Positions 37,201-45,230 of a stretch of 64,000 nt of DNA are shown in pieces. Every line of letters begins with the position of its first letter. Position 1 is the stretch's first letter. The position numbers were made by a program, and so were the translations under genes. Under the pieces are notes generated by a model, which saw only the letters and a list, made by a program, of their open reading frames with translations, searched no databases and was not told the origin of the DNA. Source of the stretch: an uncultured virus (IMG/VR IMGVR_UViG_3300003618_000228) (lineage: Duplodnaviria; Heunggongvirae; Uroviricota; Caudoviricetes); IMG/VR virus record IMGVR_UViG_3300003618_000228, one strand, 5' to 3'.

Positions 37201-39822
37201 ACCGTCATGTCCTTGTATTACGTTAATAGCAACAGTATATGTATCATCAGAATATTTGCTTGGAACATATTTAGGATACAATCCTAATTTAGTTGGTGTT
37301 GGTGGTATAAAATTACCGCCAGTGTTTATATACTCAACAATTTTAATAACGTCATTCTCTACTAATATAATATTGCTTGTTAAAGTTACAAACGGTGTTG
37401 TAGTAGAAAATATATAATCTTGGTCCTTTAATAACATTACATTATTTTTATAAACTAATACTGCGGATTGTCCAGGAATTGTATCATTATATGTTGTGTT
37501 GAGCTCAAATTGTTTATTGTCAACATCAAATACAGTATATGATAGTGTTGTTGTGTCGGTTGAAAACGCCACCATGTCACTATCATAATATGGCATTGAA
37601 TTACTTTTACCTGAAAACATTGTATGTAAAATATTATTAACATATTTTGAAGTATCTGTTAATTGTTCCATTTTAGCAGCTTGATTTAAGAATTGATTTT
37701 TAAATCTGTTGTACTCATTACTAGCATAATCTAGTGCTTGAAAAAAATTATACTGTTTATTAGACAACATATAACCTGCCTTAAGCATACTGCCTGTATT
37801 TTGAACGACTTTGGTACCGAGTAATGCAATGTTTTCAATATCTCGTATATTATTGTTACCCAAAGCTGCGCCAGAAAATTCTAAACTATTCTCAATACAA
37901 CTGCTAATATGATCCCTAACTTGTCCTAATGTAAAATTAGTTGTGGTTAACATACTATTGAGAGGATTATTGCTCAAGTTATTTGGTATTGTATAAAATT
38001 CACCACTAGTTAATTTTTCAATACTAGTATCAGTATGTACTTTAATAACTAAAATATCACCAACTGTTAAATTATTTGTAAAGTTAACATATTGGAATCC
38101 AATGTCTGTTGTAATAAAATAATCTTTTGTTGTTGTACTTCCAGTACCTTTTTCTTTTAATTTACCATTTACTGTAACAATTAAATTCTTCGCATTAGTT
38201 TCTGCTCTTGGAACAGTTGTTACCTTAAACACTTTGTACTCGGAACCCACGACAATAGTTTGTTGTATTAATTGCCTACTTTCAAATGGAGCTTTTATCC
38301 AATTAGAAAGTGTGGAATAAGTGGTTACGGCCGTATTCTTATGTAAAAATCCTGTAGCAAGTCTTACAGATGTTGTAGTGCCTGCTATGGCATCAGATGT
38401 ATATGAAAAACTATCTCTAACTAAATTATCATTAAAAATAATGTCACCAATGTTGGTGAAGTTTTTATATGTTAGGGCAAACCCTAATTCTGTGTCAGCA
38501 ATACCGGCACTGTTTACCGCATAACTAAAAATATTTGATCCAGCAAACGTGCTACTTGCGTATGTTGAAAAACTATTTCCGTTTTTATCAAATACGTCAA
38601 ATAATGGTGCTTGGTTCAATCCAGTTTTTACTTGTCCTTTATTCCATTTGCTATTTTTATAATACCATTGTGTGCCTTTGTTAACAACACCTTGATTAAC
38701 AATAATAGTATTATCAGTAACAGGGTCTGCTACTATAGTGTTTTTTTCTAAATGTATTACCTCGTTGCCACCAATGGTTACCATTTGTACGTCATATATA
38801 TGACCATTAACTAATGGGTCAGTGTCGGAGGTGAAGATAACTTGTTGCCCAGCGGCTAATACAACACCGTCAATGTAACCACCAGGTTTGCCTTCTAATT
38901 CTGTAAAGGCATCAGTAAAAGTTGCATCAACTAAATCAACAGTTGTTAATAATTTTGTGCCATAATCATATAGTTTAAGATCATTATCGAATTCTATAAT
39001 AGGGCGTTTTGCTCTTACTGCTGAATCATGTACAGCAATACTTTTATTATAAGTTGCTGTTATTTCAATAATTTCTTCATGGAACCAACGGTTGTTATTA
39101 CTCCATTGGTTTCCATCTATAGCACCACGTTTAATGGTTAGATAATCTTTACTTAATGTAAATACGGCTGATTCTGGTGTATATAATTCACTTAACGGAA
39201 TTAATCTAATACTGGTGCCTACGTCCGCAACAATATAGTCAATGTTTGCTTGTGTTGACGGCGTAACTGTGCCAGTAAATCGTACTTTAAGACCTGTTGA
39301 AAATTTTAATGTTTTAAGTCCATCTAAAGATATATATGTATAAGTTTTCTTCCCTACAATATCACTAATAGTAATCGGATCTGTAATGTCACATCTATCT
39401 GGACCTGATTGTAACCAATAGTATTTTGTGTAGTTAATAGTTTTATCATAGTCAATTGGTGGTGACCACACTGTATATTCATTGCTGAATAATTTGTTAT
39501 GATTATAATTATCACCACCTTCGGCTGCAATAGAGTTAACAATATCAACATATGTTGAGGCAAAATCATATTTTGTTTCAGATAATTCTTTTTTAATAGT
39601 AACTGCTGGTTCAAGTTGATAATTTAATCTATCGCTGTCTATTTCCACAACATAACTATCTGTAGTTTTAAAGTTATCTACATCCCGTCTCCCAACAAAC
39701 CCATTAATTACATCAACTGTTCCTGGTGATACTAATTGGTCTAATGTAGCATTTAAGAATTTTTTATTAACATCAGTTTGGAACTGTTGTGGTAATAAAT
39801 TTACAGTTTTACGTATGGCCAT
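25279..39822 (-). CDS. Giant (4,847 aa) baseplate/adsorption protein with FG-GAP propeller repeats, a YHYH domain and GxGYTxAPT repeats
   Basis: Single uninterrupted ORF downstream of the gp6-like gene. Contains FG(Y/R)xVA..GAPG repeats, a YHYH domain at ~32630-33420 and AGSGYTSAPTV repeats at ~26600-28200. Confidence 0.8.
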   Translation of the reverse strand: MAIRKTVNLLPQQFQTDVNKKFLNATLDQLVSPGTVDVINGFVGRRDVDNFKTTDSYVVEIDSDRLNYQLEPAVTIKKELSETKYDFASTYVDIVNSIAAEGGDNYNHNKLFSNEYTVWSPPIDYDKTINYTKYYWLQSGPDRCDITDPITISDIVGKKTYTYISLDGLKTLKFSTGLKVRFTGTVTPSTQANIDYIVADVGTSIRLIPLSELYTPESAVFTLSKDYLTIKRGAIDGNQWSNNNRWFHEEIIEITATYNKSIAVHDSAVRAKRPIIEFDNDLKLYDYGTKLLTTVDLVDATFTDAFTELEGKPGGYIDGVVLAAGQQVIFTSDTDPLVNGHIYDVQMVTIGGNEVIHLEKNTIVADPVTDNTIIVNQGVVNKGTQWYYKNSKWNKGQVKTGLNQAPLFDVFDKNGNSFSTYASSTFAGSNIFSYAVNSAGIADTELGFALTYKNFTNIGDIIFNDNLVRDSFSYTSDAIAGTTTSVRLATGFLHKNTAVTTYSTLSNWIKAPFESRQLIQQTIVVGSEYKVFKVTTVPRAETNAKNLIVTVNGKLKEKGTGSTTTKDYFITTDIGFQYVNFTNNLTVGDILVIKVHTDTSIEKLTSGEFYTIPNNLSNNPLNSMLTTTNFTLGQVRDHISSCIENSLEFSGAALGNNNIRDIENIALLGTKVVQNTGSMLKAGYMLSNKQYNFFQALDYASNEYNRFKNQFLNQAAKMEQLTDTSKYVNNILHTMFSGKSNSMPYYDSDMVAFSTDTTTLSYTVFDVDNKQFELNTTYNDTIPGQSAVLVYKNNVMLLKDQDYIFSTTTPFVTLTSNIILVENDVIKIVEYINTGGNFIPPTPTKLGLYPKYVPSKYSDDTYTVAINVIQGHDGSITPAYNDYRDNLLLELENRIYNNIKAVYDIDLIKLTDTFPTKYRPTTYTLAQNNNILAMHFSKWANHFNVDYTKNTVYAGTNDFTWNFSQVKDRFGGTEALPGYWRGVYKYFYDTDRPHSHPWEMLGFTIKPSWWETTYGPAPYTGDNLVLWADLEAGKIVSGSRAGTYDEYKRTGMVANYIPTDATGKLKTPQAIGILGPIDTDLAANFTIGDHGPAETAWRRSSYYPYAVQLLLALTKPAKYFELMFDPSKLSTSAIGHKIDKITNLPIVPNSVKTNSYVNTDLSVDYTLGYNNWIIDYAKQLGISTTKFNWELNHLNLNLAVKMAGFTDKDKLKIVLEQISPSKSTTDIFIPQEDYNLHLLESSPIESVNYSGVILEKTINGYKINGYNTSQPHFKILPSIVTTNKKINVSIGGLESAFIDYLTGQSYKTGDVIKIGNEFYMVTADFTASDLETDRGNYYKLDALPKTGGIGAVRYDEWETEPVSIPYGKEYNSIQETFDFLISYGRYLENIGFVFDNITNSFGLIEDWNNTANEFLFWTLSNFNVGSLISLSAGSNKIKLNLTSSQIDKLANNMLPTNVLNQNKERIIVNDLFYSRIDNVFELSASPEIDGIYSAQLNPIQTEHLLIIENETVFKDVIWSQMTGSRQNRIKLIGYRTELWDGTQQLPGYVLLDDSVNEWDANTSYKIGDIIKYKSKFYTSKITHNPNDLIELEKFDHSKWKQLEKVNNGLLSNLDSKADNFRGYYDIEEDGRIIKTSSLASNLIGFQKRKFLENLQIDDVAQKKFYQGFIKEKGTSSVINKLLRAKLPAIDSTLNLYEEWAFRVGEYGSVASTQLIEFKLKENEFTDNPELIEVINTAEQYKNTNITHRPEDLYQKPLEPRQFNKNIFKKLSEDISTRDHLPDAGYPRLDDIQHTILSLEDWVPEVAVVIIEQLNVTTQLIGKSSYTTTTGSIVTLTNGMVVSFKSVFTTPSSYQTGEYVVTGVDDAIKLTAKSTYLNSFKIGDKIWVANSTTYPSTYLENSNDWNVYRISATFGSITSISSPAINEIKVSFKNPVGTILANDYIILRRFIDAVDGTDYSGIYKVKTNLSSTGVNSLVLHANTVQNIAFVQLTGTVDAFPAFGEFLKLESSRYATTSALLNRTSPTYGWQDGDYAWIDNHNSTNKWAMLEKKDPYTLGKQLFPNSKTINTGFGQGVAGNKDLSTILVSAVYDTTSAGNIEQWTRDVATVFDVKSIFVSDITSQTLSTLSTSGYLLTVESDGLPHPAPFGTFPTADGKNPNRVVTRNYKHTFKTRVGTNTTAAPQVTVPLGGIGIAANGVIFASPSATATLPNDNGPAKGVAPTGFEWNGIVNATAVGMDASHGHPQEDDQYHYHSGKFLSQWDYHVYQANTYYQGTNYSGDHWRHTDGHSKILGYAYDGYPIYGPFGYSTATNSTTTPTRMTSTYKAYPEPVSGRGYTYTEYPVGTFIQDYRIVTSAGTLDKHNGRYCVTPDYPDGTYAYFLTIKSDGTVVYPYIIGPTYKEIPTLETDTVPLDPGGSNALTVALTPGDFTYSNTVIDGSKLKNSGWAGWQFDTASTDDYIITSAPNSNSGEGYAIVLKKKTDKTYEPFDIMRSSSPTTNGLFGYDVAVSKNGTYVLVGAPGELKAYMYKLSTGVTANNEYFNGDNSTNVFVFSTTTHSNTNELTVIVDGQIMIEALDYTLSATQITFITVPPTGTDNIHIKKGNYYSVIKTFTGVSGTDFGRSVAISDDGAIAYIGQPNKADNTILSAGAIEVWGKTPTDTYFKIQDIKSNVTDLNEKFGREVECGVDGHIIAIGSPGADFIVVTDSTVSATNSGEVECWIDDAKHSGIITGTVANPTVSIGDKLVINDVEVTFTGTALSNVVGDITTKAIPHITASATSDNKLKIVSTKTDANAKLTIRPGTTNGDVVFTAFGLTLYTYKSGLRHPDGPQNAYYGEHIAFNNTATMITIGSPTSSSEFVMSLDTNITTFDNGNTIISDIQADSGSALIYDINTDLSYSLIQRVDWAGRRKNDKFGTGLVMVGNTALIGAPGDDYYTTQTITADGIASTYALTGQFATADLEITMNGRVMLTSEYSSDNASPNSSVTFTVIPVATSVIAVKKFTQNTGSVMEATNKLNKISWNSKRTQNDKVDINTINKVITYDKSSNTFIDYIDYIDPIKGKIPGIADEEISFKTLYDPAVYNITTDTTVVNDLNNHWGPNEVGTLWWDLTNTKYIDYEQGDMEYRKLNWGKLFPGAQINIYEWVESDTLPSSYVINGGDGTPKFSNDAAYVEYQQYNITTNSLEPIYYYWVKNKTSVPEVSTTYLDANGQIKFAAYGNELELKSFIPAATRKLPAKTVATILKNPTEYGLKYIGIAAPNAFVGHNLQTNLTADNIILSIEYDTVKNDIPLHTEWQLVQSNNPLSKPNNYLITKLGESLAGKDAKENLVPDLNVHVGSRYGIMEYPRQSMFIDRLGAIKVLVNFCNTVFAKNKIALDYSLVKISSAEKAPTYGYGETVATYTELTYINTSTIANGYKVLITKDETKGNYWTTYQWNTSENRWNFEKKQKYDTTKYWDYIDWYATGYNANTIVDYTVATENDRKKLDTKLGDIVKVLNDGQNKWVLYKNTNTASDTYDVIGLQNATIKFKTTLYTTTTPLTELHYIIDALNTEMFISSIAIEFNKLWFELIQYVLYDQTQRVDWAFKTSFITINQTVRKLSELVNYSYDIEDSIKDYINEAKPYRTNIREHVFRYNYTELPQIGNSDFDLPGYYDTTDKLFRSPNVYEADDDVRMLTTPWIDWYNHYTKKVTSVDVLTAGSNYATTSTTTYDSIGHDTTGYDFSAISASLPIVTISSGAQWELGYSYSVSAIPGAATANAVLVVPEHTPDILWYYSGTEQNSTQWKDMGWKFTIKDKVTPNENKIFAITVVLDSTGSPDFYIDGIERPNITLYRGSTYTFRQNDPSNLNYGYFRISALEDGTHRDGSGATAIPVMKTPGLDTVDSITVTSAGTGYVTTPKVIISGGSGSGATGYVNLENYKVRDIKETIKFDRVDSPSHVTTIAVTAGGSGYTSAPTITITNAAGDTTGGGASAKAVISGGAVTAVVVEQEGTGYTAAPTVAFSGGGGTSAAATATVSYSSYNKLETAHEAAAKKHSDRLTLFYSGGQTGTGSTKTWDNKTANIPTYDAVIADSGLQYKANKVVGATFDMEPGYDRATYASSKFDDFEISPEGVKIISSVDTDLSGGDFSTSGGIDPANVAVDGDGFVTEYTSHAPEEQVPGRVFDTLDIKVYEMPSPRDTGVTIKKYTFEGNGSAVIYDFSSKGKLPTNVTGVGIYIDRILQKLTTNYTIDMETNIITMVSPVPAGQLIHFVLIETGGDTVTSTKQDFIGDTSTTQFIVNVPYEYAQYLYITVNGIENAPTWTASSYYKKTKITFASAPGNNDRIRVHTFNKSGLTITNAGSGYTSAPTVTFSGGGGANAAATAVINAEGKVSGLIVTNAGTGYTSAPTVAITGTATATAIVTDGKIEAIRPFVKVESEEQTITVPGSPTWPASYTYTYGQDNFFEFGPDAAKAFVYLNNTRLNPPDTEYYTGNGVLAVYDGPANPTIAYGSVTDADVQVHVDGVLQTLTTHYTFTGGSPARDQITFTVGNIPATGAEIGITIRNGQYWIQNDYQVILENGSGVSVTAGTITTGDKLFVQSFSNQRYSKGKTLVIKGTSVATLLHLERFDTIIFDTSGYAGDVSVSISTPVYDISVLERNINYVWVWLNGIPQIANHDYYITGTNLVMTPAAGSILATDMITVTGMRKAEQRDGIAFRIWKDMFDKTSYYRIATANTTTLSTALALTDIEINVTDATKLLTPVPTTATPGVIFINGERIEYWEIDGNKLKRIRRGTWGTGAHATHATASEVVDGSKQQLIPGTDVHTKVWYDQGGSTATNSLGLGMATSKQVTFLKEAPLSTPKVI

Positions 39823-39830
39823 AATATTTC

Positions 39831-42800
39831 CTAACTAGTAACAATTGTGCCGCTTGCTCTAATCTTAGAAGCAGTTACAGCATCTATAATTTCTATATCT
39901 TCTACTTTAGCATCACTAATAAAAATTTCATTACTGTTGCTTTGTATTTCAAATAAACTACCAAAATTTTGGTTAGTGCCTTTAGGCACAATTAAAATAG
40001 TAGCAATATATGGAGTTAATTGATTATGGATATATGCTGATAATTCTGTAAAATAAAAAGTATCGCCAAAGTCCCAATTATTAATATTAAAATAGTCATT
40101 AATTGCTTTAATTGTTTGTGTTTTAATCTCAGTATCTGTTATAGTAGTAGCAGAATTTTTTACAATTTTAAATGATGCTTGCAATGTTGCATCTGACTTA
40201 CTACCAAATAATGATTTATATTTTACTGGATGAAAAATAATTTCATCACTTAACATTTTATAATCTAATAAATTATTAAACTGTGTACTTAATTCACTAG
40301 TAGTACTTGTGACAGGTGATATTATAACACCTGTATTGTCTTGAATGTATGTTGTATAGGCATTACTATATGCTCTTGTTAATACGTACATGTCAATAAT
40401 ATTACTTAGGCCTGGGTTAATCCGCCTATCTGATGGTGAATTATGTTTGTAATTAAATTTAAGTGTTTTACGTCCAGTATATTCTTTATAATCTGTACTG
40501 ACTAAAAACGTGCTATCAGTTTTATTAAACACTCTAAATGCTTTATCTGTAGTTAAGTAAATTACTTCCTTATCAGTAAACAATGTTGTAGAGGCCGCGG
40601 CTAATGCTGTTGCTGTGGCATATGTTACGTTAACTGTTTTGGCTGTTAACTGAAATTGATCTGCTCCACTTGAAGTTGTAAATTTTTCAAGAAATACTAA
40701 TTTATTATTTGGATTTACTGATGGGGCGACAACTAGTGTAAACTGATCTGGGTTGTCAGGGATGCCATCAGCATCACTATCCAAAAATGTTACTAGTACT
40801 CTGCGTGAATTGGTTGCGCCTGAAAATTCTGTATCCAATCCGTAAATTTGCCAAATGTGATCTCTATCCATTGCTGTAGAGGAATCAGGCCGGGCATTAA
40901 TACCAAGTATATTAACTTGATCTGTGATTGTTTTTGCTGTGCGTGAATTATAAATTTTAACGGAATCATCAAAGTAAAAACGTGTTTCCATGTCGCTTTC
41001 AATACTATACTTTAATCCTCTATATGTTGTTGTATACGTTGTTCCGTTGCTTTTAAGTTTAATTAACCAGCTTGAATCTTTTCGTAATCCAGTTGTATCA
41101 CCAGCATACGCAAATGAGAAATCAGAAGTTATATCCATATCCGCCGCCAGTATAAGTATCCACGCTCTTGTTGTAGCATCAAAACGTAAACCAAATTCTT
41201 CATGATTAAAGATTTTAGTTAGCATTGCTGTTTCCATAGAGGATGGCAAATCTGTTACAAACTGCGGAATAATTTCAGCAACTTCAGCACCGTCACCAAT
41301 TAGTTCACTAATTGTTACAGGGCCCAGTCCTGTTGCTAAATTGCCTGCGCCACTGTTGTGTCCATCACCGGTTATACTTTTAATCATTGCCCAAATATTA
41401 GCAAACGTGCCCGGATCACCAACACTACCAGTATGTAAACTACCGTCTGATTTAAAATACTTGCCACTTGGTGCGTTAAATTTTACTAGGGCATTTGCGG
41501 TCAAATACTTTCTGTTATCTGACGATGGCGCAGCTGCTCCTATAGGAACTGATGCTCCTAAACTATTTTTAAAATATCCCGTGCTTGAATTAGTACTTGT
41601 GGTACTTTGTTCCCATGTTGTTACACTAGTTGTAATTCTGTCATATTTGTCAAAGTAATAATGTTTACTAGCAACGTTACGTAATACTGGTTCTATTTTG
41701 TCACGAATTACTCGTAATATATCCATCTCATTGGCAAATTCAAAGTCAAATACATTAGAGAAAAATTCCCTAAACAATATACCGTCTGTACCAAATACAT
41801 TGGTTGAAGAATATTTTGCTGTTGGGTCTACTACATCCAAGTACCGAGAAATACCACTTGATGTTCTGTTTGTTGCTTTTGCTTTAATAATATCATTAGT
41901 TGTAGTAATTGGAAAAATATTATAATCTTCTCCAGTTACCATGCGATTTTGAGTGTAGTAACTTTGCGGTGCTTTTATTCTAATATCATCTAGTGTTTCT
42001 CGTTGTGCAGAATTACTTATTAGTGTTTCTAAACTTAAAGTCATTGTTAAGGAATGTCTAATATTGTTTCTATTAATATATGCAATAATAAGTGTGACAT
42101 TTTGTAAATCGTCTGTTTTAATAGTATAATTTAAGCCATTTCCTTTTCTAAAATATCCTCTATAATTCCCTCGTGGAATATCAGAAAAGATACCATCCCC
42201 AAATACATAAGAGATTTGATCATTTTCACGTGAGTTAACACTGTATAAAGTGCGGGTATCTCTTGCTAAACTATTATAGATAATATTATTACCACTAGAT
42301 GCCGGAACTTGTGTCCACAATACAGATAGATCATTATTGTCATCTAATTCATATAACCAAGTATCGTCATTAGTAATATTACTTGTATTAACTAATACTT
42401 GCCTGTTAGGTAATGCATCATCTATAGTAAAATCAGCACTTTGTAATGATCCTTCTTTAAAATATACAAAAAATCCGGTATTACTACTACCGTTGCCCTT
42501 TCCGTCGTTTTTATAAAGCATACTAAAAGGAGACACATTACTCGGCGCATCTTCATAAACATATGGTTTGCCTTTAAATGTGGCATTCACCACCTCAAAG
42601 TTCATTGTAATACTATCAACTGATGAGTCAAATGGATATATTGGGAGTGTGCCTGCTGGTATATTAAGTTGGTATTGTTCAGTTTTAATGTCATTAATAG
42701 TGCTTGACATATTCGGTGTGCCAATTTTTTGTGTTGATACCATCGCCGCATTTAGTAACAAATTAAATTGCTCTGTATAGTCAATATTATTAATATCATT

Positions 42801-43232
42801 CCAGGAGATCACTTTATTTGCTAAATTTTCACCATTGGAATCGTATACATCTTCTGATGTAGTAATACTTTGTAGTTTTAAATATCCCGATGAATTTGTA
42901 GTACGTTTTGCATTGTAACTTACTAGCCTAGCTAATCGTAAAATACTTTCTCTACGTTCAGCAGTTGATAAAAAGTTTTCTCTAGAATTTAAATCTACTC
43001 GGTAACTAATATTTTGTCCCATGTATGCAATAAGGTCAATCAATGCTACAAATTCTGAACTCTCAATAAAATCATTAAAATCTTCAGGATAATATTGTTT
43101 TAGATAATCAATCATTGATTTACGCAATGTCTCAAAATCATAACTCTCAAAGTCAGCATTGATAAAAGATTGATATAATACCTTCCAATCTTCTGCTTTG
43201 TATATTGTATTTTGTCTTGTTGTTAATGCCAT
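39831..43232 (-). CDS. gp6: Baseplate wedge subunit (T4 gp6-like)
   Basis: YDFETLRKSMIDYL...FNDFIESS...LIDLIAY...ENFLSTAERRESI..LA..VSY, FGDGIF, and ETLDDIRIKAPQSYYTQNRMVTGEDY. Confidence 0.85.
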   Translation of the reverse strand: MALTTRQNTIYKAEDWKVLYQSFINADFESYDFETLRKSMIDYLKQYYPEDFNDFIESSEFVALIDLIAYMGQNISYRVDLNSRENFLSTAERRESILRLARLVSYNAKRTTNSSGYLKLQSITTSEDVYDSNGENLANKVISWNDINNIDYTEQFNLLLNAAMVSTQKIGTPNMSSTINDIKTEQYQLNIPAGTLPIYPFDSSVDSITMNFEVVNATFKGKPYVYEDAPSNVSPFSMLYKNDGKGNGSSNTGFFVYFKEGSLQSADFTIDDALPNRQVLVNTSNITNDDTWLYELDDNNDLSVLWTQVPASSGNNIIYNSLARDTRTLYSVNSRENDQISYVFGDGIFSDIPRGNYRGYFRKGNGLNYTIKTDDLQNVTLIIAYINRNNIRHSLTMTLSLETLISNSAQRETLDDIRIKAPQSYYTQNRMVTGEDYNIFPITTTNDIIKAKATNRTSSGISRYLDVVDPTAKYSSTNVFGTDGILFREFFSNVFDFEFANEMDILRVIRDKIEPVLRNVASKHYYFDKYDRITTSVTTWEQSTTSTNSSTGYFKNSLGASVPIGAAAPSSDNRKYLTANALVKFNAPSGKYFKSDGSLHTGSVGDPGTFANIWAMIKSITGDGHNSGAGNLATGLGPVTISELIGDGAEVAEIIPQFVTDLPSSMETAMLTKIFNHEEFGLRFDATTRAWILILAADMDITSDFSFAYAGDTTGLRKDSSWLIKLKSNGTTYTTTYRGLKYSIESDMETRFYFDDSVKIYNSRTAKTITDQVNILGINARPDSSTAMDRDHIWQIYGLDTEFSGATNSRRVLVTFLDSDADGIPDNPDQFTLVVAPSVNPNNKLVFLEKFTTSSGADQFQLTAKTVNVTYATATALAAASTTLFTDKEVIYLTTDKAFRVFNKTDSTFLVSTDYKEYTGRKTLKFNYKHNSPSDRRINPGLSNIIDMYVLTRAYSNAYTTYIQDNTGVIISPVTSTTSELSTQFNNLLDYKMLSDEIIFHPVKYKSLFGSKSDATLQASFKIVKNSATTITDTEIKTQTIKAINDYFNINNWDFGDTFYFTELSAYIHNQLTPYIATILIVPKGTNQNFGSLFEIQSNSNEIFISDAKVEDIEIIDAVTASKIRASGTIVTS

Positions 43233-43621
43233 TATGCTGTGCTCAGTGTTGCTTGTGTATTAGAAGTATTAAAGTCAAATAATAAATTTTGTACTATTTG
43301 ATCAGGTATATATTTTAATTCTAATTGTATCATCATACCATTTTCATATTGGTCAACCAATACACTTTCCGCTTCTATTCTTGGATCATATGATATAATT
43401 TCTTTTATATCATCTTCTATATTTTGTGCTTGTATGTCGGTTAATGGTTCATATAATGAATCCCAGATTATTGATCCAAATGTTGGATTAAATAATTTTT
43501 CTCCCTTGCGAATGTTAAAATGATTTAGTAAATCTTGTTTTGCAAGTTCAAATCCACTTAAAGTAAATGAATTAGAGAAATTTTTATTGTGAGTTGAAAA
43601 CCCTTTATATCTTATCGCCAT
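43232..43621 (-). CDS. gp25: Baseplate wedge subunit (gp25/GPW family)
   Basis: KQDLLNHFNIRKGEKLFNPTFGS.IWD.LYEP...YDPRI. Confidence 0.88.
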   Translation of the reverse strand: MAIRYKGFSTHNKNFSNSFTLSGFELAKQDLLNHFNIRKGEKLFNPTFGSIIWDSLYEPLTDIQAQNIEDDIKEIISYDPRIEAESVLVDQYENGMMIQLELKYIPDQIVQNLLFDFNTSNTQATLSTA

Positions 43622-43664
43622 AATTAATATTTAGTTATTTTAATAATATGCTACTATATAGAAA

Positions 43665-45221
43665 CTATGTATATGTAGCAGCTGTGGGTTTTTCTGTAAT
43701 ATGTGGAGTAGTGCCAGCTTCGGGTGCCGTTGCTGTTTGGTGGCCACGTTCATCTGGTTCATGCATTGGAACACGTTGCATTGCTGATGTATACTCGTAA
43801 GTGCCATCTACCTTAAATGTTTTAGAAGTACTTTCTAAAGTAACCCACGGAGTTGCGTATAATGGTATATGAGATGCTTCTTCAGCAGGATTTCCTGCTT
43901 CTGTATTAAGTTTAATTGGATGTTCCTTCCCACCACCACTCTTAAGAAATATACATGCTAATGATGTAACACTAATTGCCTCTTTACTAGTAACATTAAA
44001 CCAATCTGTTGTTTTAATATTATATGTACCAGTAGTAGTTTGTTTCATATTGCCATTAATAAAGAAATGAGCATGTCCCTTACCACTTACTGAACTTGGA
44101 TTTGTTTCAACTCTTAAATTGTGTCCAGCAAGCATAACCAAATCCTCACCAGATTGTATATGAACATTTTTATCTGCAAGTAAATTCATATTGCCTTCAG
44201 TATGCACACTAACATCTTGCTTACTAAAAATATCAATTTGTCCTGCGTTTGTCATCTCAACCCAGGCACTACCTGTAGCATTGCCTATATAGATAATACC
44301 ATCTGTATCATTTAATAATATTTGATGACCAGTTCCAGTGCGTAAACGTATAAGTTGACTTTCACCACTATTGTCACCATCATCCATAATAAAAGTGTGC
44401 CCGGTTTTACGTGACGATGGCCATTTATATCCACTATCGTCAACTTTACTAACCAACCCTTGGGTTTGTTCTGGGCCGCCGGTATTTAATGGGCCTGGTG
44501 TGGAGATTCCAAATACGTTTGAAGGAGATTCTCGTTGAGCACCGGATGTTGACAGTCCTCTTGCATAATCACCTTGTAACCCTTGTTCTAATAGAGTGTC
44601 AATTAATGGGTGTACTGGACGTGGTATGTTGCCCCATGCTTGTGATGTCTTATGTCCAATTTTATTATACTCTGCTACTGGTACTTGTGCAGCTTTATCA
44701 GCAGATACTGCGCCTTTGCCAGCTGCTGAAAATAATTTTGCTTCAGTTGTTCTATCAGTTTTATGAAAAGTAGGACTTACAGGAATACCTGGAACCATAT
44801 GTAACATGAAAGCATCTGGTATATAAGATATAATATATCCTTTCTCTCTATCTCCCTCGACAAATATTACTAATACTTGGCTGTCAACATCAGGAGTTGG
44901 GAACCACATACCATATGATTTGGTAGTATTGTCATAACTCTCTGGTGTTGCTCCTTGAGCATTTGTTCTGCCATAATATGGCAATGCTAGATTGCATAAT
45001 ACTATATTTTCTATCAATTCATGTTTTTTTGCAGGATTAATTTCACTAGATAAACGTTGGCCAACTAAAGCAGGTATATATACAGCAATTCGACCCATGC
45101 CGGTATCATCGCCATATCCTTTAACAATTCCTATATATGGACCAGCATTGGGATTAACTGATTTATTATGTTCGCCGGCCGGCTGGCGCGCCGGAAGGCC
45201 TGGACCTGTTGATGTTGCCAT
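43665..45221 (-). CDS. Baseplate central spike / hub protein (gp5/VgrG-like, no lysozyme domain seen)
   Basis: OB-fold GRIAVYIP...GMWFPTPDVDSQVLVIF, followed by GHTFIMDD...RTGTGHQILLND beta-helix repeats. Confidence 0.75.
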   Translation of the reverse strand: MATSTGPGLPARQPAGEHNKSVNPNAGPYIGIVKGYGDDTGMGRIAVYIPALVGQRLSSEINPAKKHELIENIVLCNLALPYYGRTNAQGATPESYDNTTKSYGMWFPTPDVDSQVLVIFVEGDREKGYIISYIPDAFMLHMVPGIPVSPTFHKTDRTTEAKLFSAAGKGAVSADKAAQVPVAEYNKIGHKTSQAWGNIPRPVHPLIDTLLEQGLQGDYARGLSTSGAQRESPSNVFGISTPGPLNTGGPEQTQGLVSKVDDSGYKWPSSRKTGHTFIMDDGDNSGESQLIRLRTGTGHQILLNDTDGIIYIGNATGSAWVEMTNAGQIDIFSKQDVSVHTEGNMNLLADKNVHIQSGEDLVMLAGHNLRVETNPSSVSGKGHAHFFINGNMKQTTTGTYNIKTTDWFNVTSKEAISVTSLACIFLKSGGGKEHPIKLNTEAGNPAEEASHIPLYATPWVTLESTSKTFKVDGTYEYTSAMQRVPMHEPDERGHQTATAPEAGTTPHITEKPTAATYT

Positions 45222-45230
45222 ATTATTTGC

